This document shows positions 1-8,057 of a DNA stretch of 14,781 nucleotides, in pieces. Position numbers and translations under genes: made by a program. This DNA comes from a bacterium. GTDB lineage: Bacteria; CALINM01. Each line of letters begins with the position of its first letter. The first letter of the stretch is position 1. The notes beneath the pieces were generated by a model, which worked only from the letters and a program-made list of their open reading frames with translations, was not told the DNA's origin and made no database searches. The stretch spans positions 1 through 14,781 of the forward strand of contig JBEQAF010000054.1 of the NCBI GenBank assembly GCA_041640455.1. Direction: 5' to 3'.

Positions 1-1
1 A

Positions 2-736
2 AGCATTGATCCAGTGACGATTCTTGAAAATGCCTATGGCCGTGCAATTAATATTCTAAATGGTACCCCCGTTCAAAGTGGAAGATATTATATATTTTTT
101 GATAGCAGGTCTGCAGCAGAATTTCTTGAAGTTCTGGCGAAAAGTTTTATCGCAGAAAATGTTTACAAGAAAAAAACTATCTTTGATGCTGATACAGAGC
201 TTTCAGAAAAGCTTAATATTTCTGATAATCCTTTCATAACCAGTGGTTCGCTAAAATATTACTTTGACGGAGAAGGTTTTAAAACAATGGAAAAAAGACT
301 GATGACAGCTGGGCATGTAACTGAATATCTTTACGACAGCTACTTTGGGAAAAAGCTTGGAAAAAGTTCAAACGGCTCTTCCGTAAGGATAAAAGTATCC
401 TCGCCGCCATTAAATAGCCATACAAATATTTACATTGAACCCTTAGCAGAAACCCAGATTGAAAATAATTTTAAAAATTTAACACAGGTTATCTCTGTTG
501 TTAGTCTTATTGGTATGCATCTCGTCAATCCTGTGACAGGAGAGTTTTCTGTAGGATTTGATGGCTTCATATCCGAAAAAGGTGAATACAGAAAGGCAGT
601 TTCAAACGTTTCCCTATCAGGAAATGTGAAGGATGTTTTCAAAAACATAATTGATATGGGTGACCATCTGGAGTTTTATGGTAATACGGGCAGTCCATCT
701 CTTTTGGTATCAGACATAGTGGTTTCGGGTATATAA
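2..736 (+). CDS. pmbA: TldD/PmbA family protein, PmbA/TldE-type (5' partial)
   Basis: The frame is open from position 2 (AGC ATT GAT CCA GTG...), so the GTG at 14 is internal. C-terminal family motifs are present: FDGEG, YLYDSY, SNGSS.R, G.H.VNPVTGEFS.G, SGNVKD.F, GSPSLLV. No TldD-type HExxxH motif is visible, which favours PmbA/TldE. Confidence 0.8.
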   Translation, partial: SIDPVTILENAYGRAINILNGTPVQSGRYYIFFDSRSAAEFLEVLAKSFIAENVYKKKTIFDADTELSEKLNISDNPFITSGSLKYYFDGEGFKTMEKRLMTAGHVTEYLYDSYFGKKLGKSSNGSSVRIKVSSPPLNSHTNIYIEPLAETQIENNFKNLTQVISVVSLIGMHLVNPVTGEFSVGFDGFISEKGEYRKAVSNVSLSGNVKDVFKNIIDMGDHLEFYGNTGSPSLLVSDIVVSGI

Positions 737-768
737 ATTAAGATAAAAGATATAAAAATACGGCACTT

Positions 769-1076
769 GGTATAGACATATTTACCAGTCTGGAATGGTT
801 TAAGTAATATGTTAAATATTTCAACAGATTTAAGCAAGTTTTCTATGATGAAGACAATTGGTGTGACTGAATGCCCTGTCTTTGTATAAAACGCTCATAG
901 GCTGTTCCTCCATCCTTTAAGTGGTCTCACCTTCCTCTGCCAGGAGAAACCCAGTCTCTTCATTATATCAAGTATTCTGCGGAAAGCCTCTTTCCTGCTT
1001 ATAGTTTCCTTTGCATCCTTCCATTCAAATCCTTTTATTTCAATAAAATCAAAAAACTGGTTAATATGTCTATACC
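769..1076. mobile_element. Non-autonomous IS remnant / MITE with terminal inverted repeats, probably IS630-Tc1-mariner type
   Basis: 769-789 GGTATAGACATATTTACCAGT and 1056-1076 ACTGGTTAATATGTCTATACC are reverse complements at 20/21 positions. They can be parsed as 17-bp TIRs (element 773-1072) flanked by TA at 771-772 and 1073-1074. An internal minus-strand frame encodes ILDIMKRLGFSWQRK, resembling an IS630 transposase winged-HTH segment. Confidence 0.75.
895..1053 (-). pseudogene. Putative transposase fragment (IS630-like HTH segment)
   Basis: Manual translation gives FDFIEIKGFEWKDAKETISRKEAFRRILDIMKRLGFSWQRKVRPLKGWRNSL*, lying between the inverted repeats. No DDE domain is present. The similarity was judged by eye only. 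Confidence 0.4.
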
Positions 1077-1103
1077 TATCTGGTCACAAAAATAAAAAAG
1101 TTC

Positions 1104-1132
1104 TTGATTTTTTTAGAAAAGCTTAATAAACT
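1104..1132 (+). promoter_or_regulatory. Putative sigma70 promoter of the rimP-nusA-infB operon
   Basis: TTGATT (1104-1109), a 17-bp spacer and TAAACT (1127-1132), with an A-tract (UP-element-like) at 1088-1099. Confidence 0.6.
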
Positions 1133-1139
1133 ATCCTTT

Positions 1140-1170
1140 AAAGTGGGTGAATAACCCACTTTTTTATTTT
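1140..1170 (+). terminator. rimP leader hairpin / intrinsic terminator-attenuator
   Basis: Stem AAAGTGGGT (1140-1148), loop GAATA, stem ACCCACTTT (1154-1162), continuing into a T-rich tail (TTTTTTATTTT, 1160-1170). It lies between the promoter and the rimP RBS. GTGGG...CCCAC-U-tract hairpins are a known feature of rimP-nusA leaders. Confidence 0.75.
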
Positions 1171-1182
1171 AGGACATTTAAA

Positions 1183-1644
1183 ATGGACGAAAGAGAGATA
1201 ACGCTAAAACTTGAAGAGATATGCAAGCCTGTGGTAGAAAAGCTTGGGCTTGAGCTTTATGACCTTGAATATAAGAGGGAGAGTACTGGATGGGTTGTAA
1301 GGATCTACATATCAAGGAAAGCTGGAAGTGTTACAATTGATGACTGCACTAAGGTGTCAAGGCAGCTTAATCTTTTGCTTGATGTGGAAGATATTGTGCC
1401 TCATTCTTACAATCTTGAGGTCTCTTCTCCAGGACTTACAAGAACTCTTAAAAAACTGAGTCATTTTGAGAAATCGATCGGATCAAAAGCAAAGTTTAAG
1501 TTAAAAATATTTCACGATGGCAAAAAGACTATGGAGGGGATAATTAAAGCAGTGGATGGTGAAGAGATAGTAATCGAGCTGCAAAATGAGGAGTTAAAGA
1601 TTAATTTTAAAGACATAGAAAGTGCAAAACTTCAAATAGATTAA
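1183..1644 (+). CDS. rimP: Ribosome maturation factor RimP
   Basis: Motifs VTIDDC..VSR.L...LDVED and Y.LEVSSPGL.R.L; first gene before nusA. Start moved from GTG 1147 (inside the leader hairpin) to ATG 1183, which has AGGA at 1171-1174. Confidence 0.95.
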   Translation: MDEREITLKLEEICKPVVEKLGLELYDLEYKRESTGWVVRIYISRKAGSVTIDDCTKVSRQLNLLLDVEDIVPHSYNLEVSSPGLTRTLKKLSHFEKSIGSKAKFKLKIFHDGKKTMEGIIKAVDGEEIVIELQNEELKINFKDIESAKLQID

Positions 1645-1660
1645 TGGAGGAGTGAGTTTT

Positions 1661-2776
1661 ATGATTTATGAGCTTAACCGTGTTGTAGAGAGTTTGGCAA
1701 AGGAGAAGGGGATCTCCAAAGATACAGTATGGGAAATTTTGTTAAAGTCCATTGAGCAGGTAGCCAGAAAAAAGATGGGAGAAGATAAGGAGATCGAGGT
1801 TGTTTTTGACGAGGAGACTAATAAACCGATTATCCAGGAGATAAAAGTAATTGTAGAAAAGGTTACCAATCCCAATAGAGAGATATCTATAGATGAAGCA
1901 AAAAAGATTGATCCAGATTTCCGAATTGGAGACGAGATAGTTTTTGATAAAAGTCCTGTTGATTTAGGGAGAATCGGAGCCCATCAGGTGAAGCAGATTC
2001 TTATCCAGAAGCTTAAAGAGGAAGAAAAGAACAGCATCTATAATGAATATATATCAAGAAAAGGCGAAATAGTAAGCGGAATAGTCAGAAGGGTTGAAAA
2101 GAAGAATCTTATAGTTGACCTTGGAAAAAGCGAGGCTCAGTTGCTGTTCCAGGACCTTATTCCGGGAGAGATGTTTACTCCAGGTGACAGGGTAAGGGCT
2201 TGTCTTGTTGATGTGGTAAAGGATAACAGGGGCACAAGAATTGTGCTTTCAAGGACTCATCCAAAATTTTTAGAAAAACTTCTTGAAGCTCAGGTTCCTG
2301 AAATATACGATGGTACTATAACTATAATGGGTGTCGCCAGAGATCCAGGAAACAGGGCTAAGGTGGCAATAAAGTGCAAAGATTTAAACATTGACCCGGT
2401 TGGCGCCTGTATAGGCTATAAGGGGTCAAGAATCCAGAATATTGTCCAGGAACTAAGAAACGAAAAGATTGATATTGTTCTGTGGGATGATGATATAGTT
2501 AAGTATATATGCAATGCCCTGTCTCCGGCAGAGATTACAAGGCTTGTTGTGGATGAAAATGAGAAAACTGCTGAGATAATCGTGCCCGATAATCAGCTTG
2601 CTCTTGCAGTAGGAAAAAGAGGTTCAAATATAAAACTTGCGTCAAAGCTTATAGGGTGGAAGCTTGTTGTCAAAAGTGAATCAAAAGGCACAAAGAGCTC
2701 TAAGGATATTCAGGCAGAGCTTGACCAGTATTATCTCGATGAGAATTTAATTCCTGATGATGAAGGTAAGGAATAA
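1661..2776 (+). CDS. nusA: Transcription termination/antitermination factor NusA (short form without AR1/AR2)
   Basis: NTD (EKGI, GRI.A..KQ), S1 domain, KH domains (ARDPG.RAKVA, DPVGACIG.KGSRI, QLALAVGKRG.NIKLASKL.GW). ATG 1661 is preferred over GTG 1652 because of the SD GGAGGAG at 1646-1652. Confidence 0.97.
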   Translation: MIYELNRVVESLAKEKGISKDTVWEILLKSIEQVARKKMGEDKEIEVVFDEETNKPIIQEIKVIVEKVTNPNREISIDEAKKIDPDFRIGDEIVFDKSPVDLGRIGAHQVKQILIQKLKEEEKNSIYNEYISRKGEIVSGIVRRVEKKNLIVDLGKSEAQLLFQDLIPGEMFTPGDRVRACLVDVVKDNRGTRIVLSRTHPKFLEKLLEAQVPEIYDGTITIMGVARDPGNRAKVAIKCKDLNIDPVGACIGYKGSRIQNIVQELRNEKIDIVLWDDDIVKYICNALSPAEITRLVVDENEKTAEIIVPDNQLALAVGKRGSNIKLASKLIGWKLVVKSESKGTKSSKDIQAELDQYYLDENLIPDDEGKE

Positions 2777-2800
2777 TAAATAATTTAGGAGAAGTTAGTA

Positions 2801-5437
2801 ATGGCAAAAGCAAAAATAAGTATTCAGGAACTGATGAAAAAGCTGAAGATCGATGAGACAAAAAAGGAAGAGGTTTTTTCTGTTTTAAAGGATATGGGGA
2901 TTGAAGCAAAGAATATTAAGAAAAATATAGATGAAGATGACGCAGAGAAATTTGAAGAGAGATGGAAACAGCTTCAAAAGGTAGGAAAAACTTATGAAGA
3001 AGCAGGTGCAGAGGTAAAGGTTGTTGGCATAGGTGTGAAGAGAAGGGTTAAAAAAGAGGTTCCCAAGCCAGAAGAAGAGAAAAAGATTGAGGAACAGCCA
3101 GCTGAAGTGGAGGTGAAAAAGGAGGAGACTGTAAAGGCTGAGCCTGAAAAACCAGCAGAAGAGCCTAAAAAGGAAGAAAAACCTTTAATTGTTGAAAAAC
3201 CTAAGGAAGAAAAGATAGAAAAATATTCGGAGAAAGAAGAGGTACGTCTTTCAAGGGAAGAGGAAGAAAAGATACAAAAAGAGCTGGAGCAGAAGATAAA
3301 GGAAGCTCCAGCAGAAACTATAAAAGTTGAAAAACCTGCTGAATTTCATAAGGTTGAAAGACCACAGGTTCAGGAACGGAAGCCCTATCAGCAGAAACCG
3401 CCTTACAAAAGAGAGAAGTTTGACAGACAGGTAAAGAGCAAAGAAACTACTCTTGCTCCTGGCAGGAAAGAGGTGGTCATGACACCTAAGGAGGTAAAAC
3501 CTGCTGAAGTGCCTGTTGAGAAACCAACTGAAAAGAGAAAGGGGTTTGACAAAAAGAAGGAAACTCTTAAGAAGGATCAGCTTCTCGAACTGAAAGAAAG
3601 AGAGGATAAGCTGTTACTACAGAAGAAGAAAAAACAGGAAGAGATAGAGCTACAGAAGCCTGCACAGAAAAAGCCGCTTAAGATTTCTGAAGCTATTACG
3701 GTGGGCGAACTTGCCAAAAGGATGGGCATAAAAGCAGCTCTTGTAATAAAGACGCTTTTTGACCTCGGGATGATGGTTACAATAAACAATATAATAGATG
3801 CCGATACGGCGGCAATAGTAGCGAGCGAATACGGATTTGAAGTTGAAAAGGTAGGAGTGGAGATTGAAGATCTTCTGGCTGAGGAGGTTACGGCTCAGGA
3901 AGAGGAGAAAAAGGTTAAGAGATCACCTGTTGTAACCATAATGGGTCATGTTGACCATGGAAAAACCTCGCTTCTTGATGCTATCAGACAGACAAATGTG
4001 GTTGATAAGGAGGCTGGTGGAATAACCCAGCATATAGGTGCCTATCAGGTAGAGGTGCCCAGAGGTACAATTACCTTTCTTGATACACCGGGGCATGAAG
4101 CCTTTACTGCTATGAGGGCGAGAGGTGCTAAGGCTACAGATATAGTAATTCTGGTGGTTGCCGCCGATGAGGGACCCATGCCACAGACCATAGAGGCACT
4201 TAATCATGCCAAAGCTGCCAATGTGCCCATTATAGTGGCAATAAATAAGATTGATAAACCCGGTGCCAATCCTGATAGAGTAAAGAATATGCTGGCAGAA
4301 AAGGGGTTAATACCTGAAGAGTGGGGTGGACAGACCGTATATGCCGAAGTATCTGCAAAAAAACGAATAGGCATAGAGGAGCTTCTGGATCTCATACTCA
4401 TTCAGGCAGAAGTGCTGGAACTGAAGGCAAATCCTGATAAGCTTGCTAGAGGAGTTATTATAGAATCCAAGCTTGACAAAGGTAGAGGTCCTGTTGCTAC
4501 AGTTCTGGTTCAGGAAGGCACCCTGAAAGTGGGTGATCCTTTCATAGTAGGTACTCTATACGGAAGAGTAAGATCTTTGTTTAACGATAAAGGGAAAAGG
4601 ATAGATAAGGCAGGTCCATCAACGCCCGTTGAGGTGCTGGGGCTACCTGGAGTTCCTGAGGCGGGTGATGAGTTTATAATAGTTTCCGATGAGCGAAAGG
4701 CAAGACAGATAGCTACTATGAGGGAACAGAAGCTGAAAGAAAAGGAGATGGCAAAGAAAGCCAAACTATCGCTTGAGGATATTTACGAAAAGATTCAGCA
4801 GGGTGAGATACAGGAGCTAAATATAGTTCTGAAAGGAGATGTTCAGGGTTCTGTCGAAGCTGTTTCAGAGTCTCTGAATAAGATCTCCTCTTCAAAGGTT
4901 AAAGTAAATATTATTCATTCTGGAGTGGGCTCAATTAATGAGGGTGATGTGATGTTAGCAGAGGCTTCAAAAGCCATTATTATAGGTTTTAATGTAAAGG
5001 TTGATCCCAAAGCAGCTGGATTGGCAGAAAAAAATAATATAGACATTAAAATCTATAACATAATCTATGAGCTTATAGACAATGTAAAGCTTGCTCTTGA
5101 AGGTTTGCTAAAGCCCATAACTAAGGAGGTTCTGGTAGGAAAGGCAGAGGTCAGACAGACCTTCTCCATATCTAAAATCGGTACTATTGCTGGATGTTTT
5201 GTTCTGGAAGGAAAGGTCTCAAGAAATAACACTGTTAAGGTTATAAGGGACAAAAATATTATATTTGAGGGCAGGCTTTCTTCATTAAAAAGGTTCAAGG
5301 ACGATGTTAAGGAGGTTGCCCAGGGTTTTGAATGTGGTATGTCCATAGAGGGTTTTAATGATATTAAACAGGGAGATCTATTTGAGTTTTACGAGACCCA
5401 GCAGATAGCAGTTAAGCTGGATGACACAAAATCCTGA
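2801..5437 (+). CDS. infB: Translation initiation factor IF-2
   Basis: G-domain motifs [22 protein letters not shown]2 C-terminal [22 protein letters not shown]-rich N-terminal linker; SD AGGAG upstream. Confidence 0.99.
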   Translation: MAKAKISIQELMKKLKIDETKKEEVFSVLKDMGIEAKNIKKNIDEDDAEKFEERWKQLQKVGKTYEEAGAEVKVVGIGVKRRVKKEVPKPEEEKKIEEQPAEVEVKKEETVKAEPEKPAEEPKKEEKPLIVEKPKEEKIEKYSEKEEVRLSREEEEKIQKELEQKIKEAPAETIKVEKPAEFHKVERPQVQERKPYQQKPPYKREKFDRQVKSKETTLAPGRKEVVMTPKEVKPAEVPVEKPTEKRKGFDKKKETLKKDQLLELKEREDKLLLQKKKKQEEIELQKPAQKKPLKISEAITVGELAKRMGIKAALVIKTLFDLGMMVTINNIIDADTAAIVASEYGFEVEKVGVEIEDLLAEEVTAQEEEKKVKRSPVVTIMGHVDHGKTSLLDAIRQTNVVDKEAGGITQHIGAYQVEVPRGTITFLDTPGHEAFTAMRARGAKATDIVILVVAADEGPMPQTIEALNHAKAANVPIIVAINKIDKPGANPDRVKNMLAEKGLIPEEWGGQTVYAEVSAKKRIGIEELLDLILIQAEVLELKANPDKLARGVIIESKLDKGRGPVATVLVQEGTLKVGDPFIVGTLYGRVRSLFNDKGKRIDKAGPSTPVEVLGLPGVPEAGDEFIIVSDERKARQIATMREQKLKEKEMAKKAKLSLEDIYEKIQQGEIQELNIVLKGDVQGSVEAVSESLNKISSSKVKVNIIHSGVGSINEGDVMLAEASKAIIIGFNVKVDPKAAGLAEKNNIDIKIYNIIYELIDNVKLALEGLLKPITKEVLVGKAEVRQTFSISKIGTIAGCFVLEGKVSRNNTVKVIRDKNIIFEGRLSSLKRFKDDVKEVAQGFECGMSIEGFNDIKQGDLFEFYETQQIAVKLDDTKS

Positions 5438-5724
5438 TGTATATAGGTATACTTAAGATTGATATACATGTTCCCTATGCACGGTCACTTAAGGAGAAAA
5501 GACAGGTTGTAAAAAAAATTACCGATAACCTGAGAAACAGGTTTCCTGCTTCAGTTGCTGAGGTTGATTATATGGATATGTGGCAGAGGGCAATGATAGG
5601 AGTTAGTCTGGTTTCCAGTGACCATAAAAAGCTGGAAAGCATAATTGACAAAATTTCTCTCTTTTTGGAAACAAATTTTGACTGCCAGATAGCAGAGATT
5701 GAAAAGGAGATTATAAGTTGGTAG
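5437..5724 (+). CDS. DUF503 (YlxP-like) protein
   Basis: Motif SLKEKR.VVK.I...LRNRF..SVAEVD..D.WQRA.IG; classic position between infB and rbfA; TGATG overlap with infB. Confidence 0.92.
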   Translation: MYIGILKIDIHVPYARSLKEKRQVVKKITDNLRNRFPASVAEVDYMDMWQRAMIGVSLVSSDHKKLESIIDKISLFLETNFDCQIAEIEKEIISW

Positions 5725-6041
5725 AAGGTAGAAGAAAAAAAAGGATGGAAGCTCTTATTATGAGAATAATAGCTGAGCTATTAGTGAAAGAGGTACAGGA
5801 TCCGAGACTGGAAGGTGTGTCTATAACAAATGTGGTATTGACCGATGACTTTAGCGAGGCAAAGGTTTATTTCTACGTCCATAAAGATCAAGATTTAAAC
5901 AGGGTTAAGAAGGGGTTTGAAAGTGCCAGGGGATTTCTGAGAGGAGAGCTGGGAGATGAGGCAAAATTGAGAAGAGTTCCCGAACTGAGATTTATTTATG
6001 ATGATACCCTGGATTTATTTGATAAAATAAAAGAAAAATAA
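5718..6041 (+). CDS. rbfA: 30S ribosome-binding factor RbfA
   Basis: Motifs V.DPRL..VSIT.V.LT.D...AKVY and A.GFLR..LG....LRRVPELRF.YD; TTG start with AAGGAG at 5704-5709. Confidence 0.95.
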   Translation: MVEGRRKKRMEALIMRIIAELLVKEVQDPRLEGVSITNVVLTDDFSEAKVYFYVHKDQDLNRVKKGFESARGFLRGELGDEAKLRRVPELRFIYDDTLDLFDKIKEK

Positions 6042-6051
6042 AGGATCGGTT

Positions 6052-7014
6052 GTGAGTGTAGAAGAGATAAAAAAAGTTATTGAAAATTATAATTCTTTTA
6101 TAGTAGCCTCTCATGTGGATCCAGAAGGTGATGCAATCGGGTCATCTCTTGCTTTTTATCATGCTTTGAAAAATCTCGGAAAAAATGTATGTGTTTATAA
6201 TGAATCACCTCTCCCGAAGATTCTTAAATTTCTACCAGGTACTGAAAATATTGTCTCTGAGATTTACTCGGCAGATGAATATGACTGCATATTTGTAATA
6301 GATTGTGGAGAGCTTGACAGGATTGGAAAGCTTAAAAACAAGCTTGAGAAGCTAAGGATAGTAAATATAGATCACCACTCCACAAACCCAAATTTCGGGC
6401 ATATAAATATGGTTGACAAAAATGCTGCAGCGGCAGGCGAGGTGGTTTATAGGATTTTTGAAGAGCTGGGGATAGAGATAACCTATGAAATGGCGGTCAA
6501 TCTTTATACTGCCATACTGGTTGATACAGGCTCATTCAGGTACTCCTCCACATCTTCAAAAAGTTTTGAAATATGTGGAAAACTAATAGAGCTTGGAGTA
6601 CAGCCCTGGGAAGTGTCAAAAAATATATATGAAAGCTTCCCCTATGAGAGAATGAAGCTACTGGGTATGGTATTGAATACTCTTGAACTGGTTATGAATA
6701 ATCGTGTGGCACTTATGCATGTTCATAAGGAGATGTTTAAAAATGCAGAGGCATCAGAAGACCTGACAGAAGGTTTTGTCAACTTTGGAAGGGCGATAGA
6801 TGGTGTGGAGATATCCATACTTTTTAAAGAGGTTGATCAGAATACATATAAGCTCAGCCTGCGCTCAAAAGGGCTTTTTGACGTATCTAAGATAGCCATT
6901 AAGCTTGGAGGCGGGGGGCACAGAAATGCGGCGGGATGCACTGTCAGAGGCAGTCTTTCTGATGTAAAGGAAAAGGTTGTTAATACCATTAAGGAATATG
7001 AAAATCTGTTCTGA
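6052..7014 (+). CDS. nrnA: DHH/DHHA1 phosphoesterase (NrnA-type oligoribonuclease/pAp phosphatase)
   Basis: Motifs H..PEGDAIGS, IDCG, NIDHH, DTGSFRY, SLRS, GGGGH.NAAG; typical position between rbfA and truB. The exact substrate cannot be determined from sequence. Confidence 0.88.
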   Translation: MSVEEIKKVIENYNSFIVASHVDPEGDAIGSSLAFYHALKNLGKNVCVYNESPLPKILKFLPGTENIVSEIYSADEYDCIFVIDCGELDRIGKLKNKLEKLRIVNIDHHSTNPNFGHINMVDKNAAAAGEVVYRIFEELGIEITYEMAVNLYTAILVDTGSFRYSSTSSKSFEICGKLIELGVQPWEVSKNIYESFPYERMKLLGMVLNTLELVMNNRVALMHVHKEMFKNAEASEDLTEGFVNFGRAIDGVEISILFKEVDQNTYKLSLRSKGLFDVSKIAIKLGGGGHRNAAGCTVRGSLSDVKEKVVNTIKEYENLF

Positions 7015-7075
7015 TAAATGGTTTGACTTTTGATTGGATCTATTTGTCATGGTAGAAAATTCCTAAACAATCTAT

Positions 7076-7954
7076 ATGAATGGCATACTGCTTATTAACA
7101 AACCTGAAAATGTTACCTCCTCAGATGTATTGAACCTGATAAAAAAAAGATTCAGAATCAGGAAAATAGGGCATTCGGGCACACTGGATAGGTTTGCTTC
7201 TGGACTTCTTGTGACAGGCATCAACGAAGGAACTAAAATACTAAACTATATTACAGATCTGCCTAAGATATACGATACGGTCTTTGAGCTTGGCAGGACT
7301 ACCGACACGCTGGATCTGACAGGCAATGTTGAAATGATTAATGAAACTATCCAGCCCGATCTGGAAACAATTAACCTTCAGCTTAAAAAATTTATTGGCG
7401 ATGTTATGCAGGTACCTCCAAAATATTCGGCTATCAAACAGAATGGAGAACGGGTATCAGATATGGTGAGAGAAGGAAGGGATGTTTCTCTGAAGCCAAG
7501 ACCTGTCAGCATATACAGGATTAATGTAAAAGGTTATCAGTACCCCTTTTTAAATCTGATTATTGAATGCAGTAAAGGGACTTATATCAGGGCTATAGCA
7601 AGGGATCTCGGTGAGCTGTTAGGTTGCGGCGCATATGTGAAAAGGCTGGTAAGAACTGATATACCGCCCTTCTCGATCACAAGGGCTATTAAACTTGATG
7701 AGCTTTTGAAGCAGGAAGAGATAGGTAAATATTTTATCCCCTTAAATTTGGCTATAAGCTTTATGCCCATGATTAATCTTGATGAGCGGGAAAAGGAGCT
7801 ACTTGAAAAAGGTCAGCCCATAATCCCAAAAATAACAATTTATAGCAAAAATTTAGCCGCCCTTTATAGAGGAAAGCTCTTTGCGGTTATGAAAATAAGG
7901 ATTATTAACAATCAGGTCTTTCTCAATCCAGACAGACTCATTTTTGACAGATAG
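7076..7954 (+). CDS. truB: tRNA pseudouridine(55) synthase TruB
   Basis: Motifs G.LLINKP...TS, GHSGTLD (catalytic Asp), TDTLD..G, Q.PP.YSAIK..G, CSKGTYIR..ARDLG..LG.GA....L.R. Confidence 0.97.
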   Translation: MNGILLINKPENVTSSDVLNLIKKRFRIRKIGHSGTLDRFASGLLVTGINEGTKILNYITDLPKIYDTVFELGRTTDTLDLTGNVEMINETIQPDLETINLQLKKFIGDVMQVPPKYSAIKQNGERVSDMVREGRDVSLKPRPVSIYRINVKGYQYPFLNLIIECSKGTYIRAIARDLGELLGCGAYVKRLVRTDIPPFSITRAIKLDELLKQEEIGKYFIPLNLAISFMPMINLDEREKELLEKGQPIIPKITIYSKNLAALYRGKLFAVMKIRIINNQVFLNPDRLIFDR

Positions 7955-8019
7955 TCATTTCGTTGGTATATGTATTATCTTCTGCTGGCTAATTTTTGCT
8001 TATATTTGTGGGCTTAAAC

Positions 8020-8028
8020 TGTTATAAT
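8020..8028 (+). promoter_or_regulatory. Extended -10 promoter element upstream of gyrA
   Basis: TGtTATAAT at 8020-8028 is a perfect TGn-TATAAT, with only a poor -35. SD GGAGGAG lies at 8046-8052. Confidence 0.6.
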
Positions 8029-8057
8029 ATATTGCTATTTTTTTTGGAGGAGTTAAT

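Noticed and set aside
968..1024. Minus-strand mini-ORF MEGCKGNYKQERGFPQNT with an AAAGGA SD inside the TIR element
   Set aside because: It is only 18 codons and is better explained as the decayed start of the parent transposase than as a functional peptide.
1147..1182. GTG start giving RimP a 12-aa N-terminal extension
   Set aside because: It lies inside the leader hairpin and has no SD; ATG 1183 has an SD and gives a normal-length RimP.
3050..3540. Recurring PAE/EKP motifs in the IF2 N-terminus and a possible internal IF2-beta start (GTG 3473 / ATG 3479)
   Set aside because: This is an ordinary low-complexity IF2 linker with no exact DNA repeats. Purine-rich coding sequence produces SD-like motifs by chance and the spacing is unconvincing.
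7015..7075. Possible internal promoter or small ORF before truB (TTGACT/TTGATT, TGgTAGAAA)
   Set aside because: The -10 match is poor, only tiny ORFs are present and no structure is evident.
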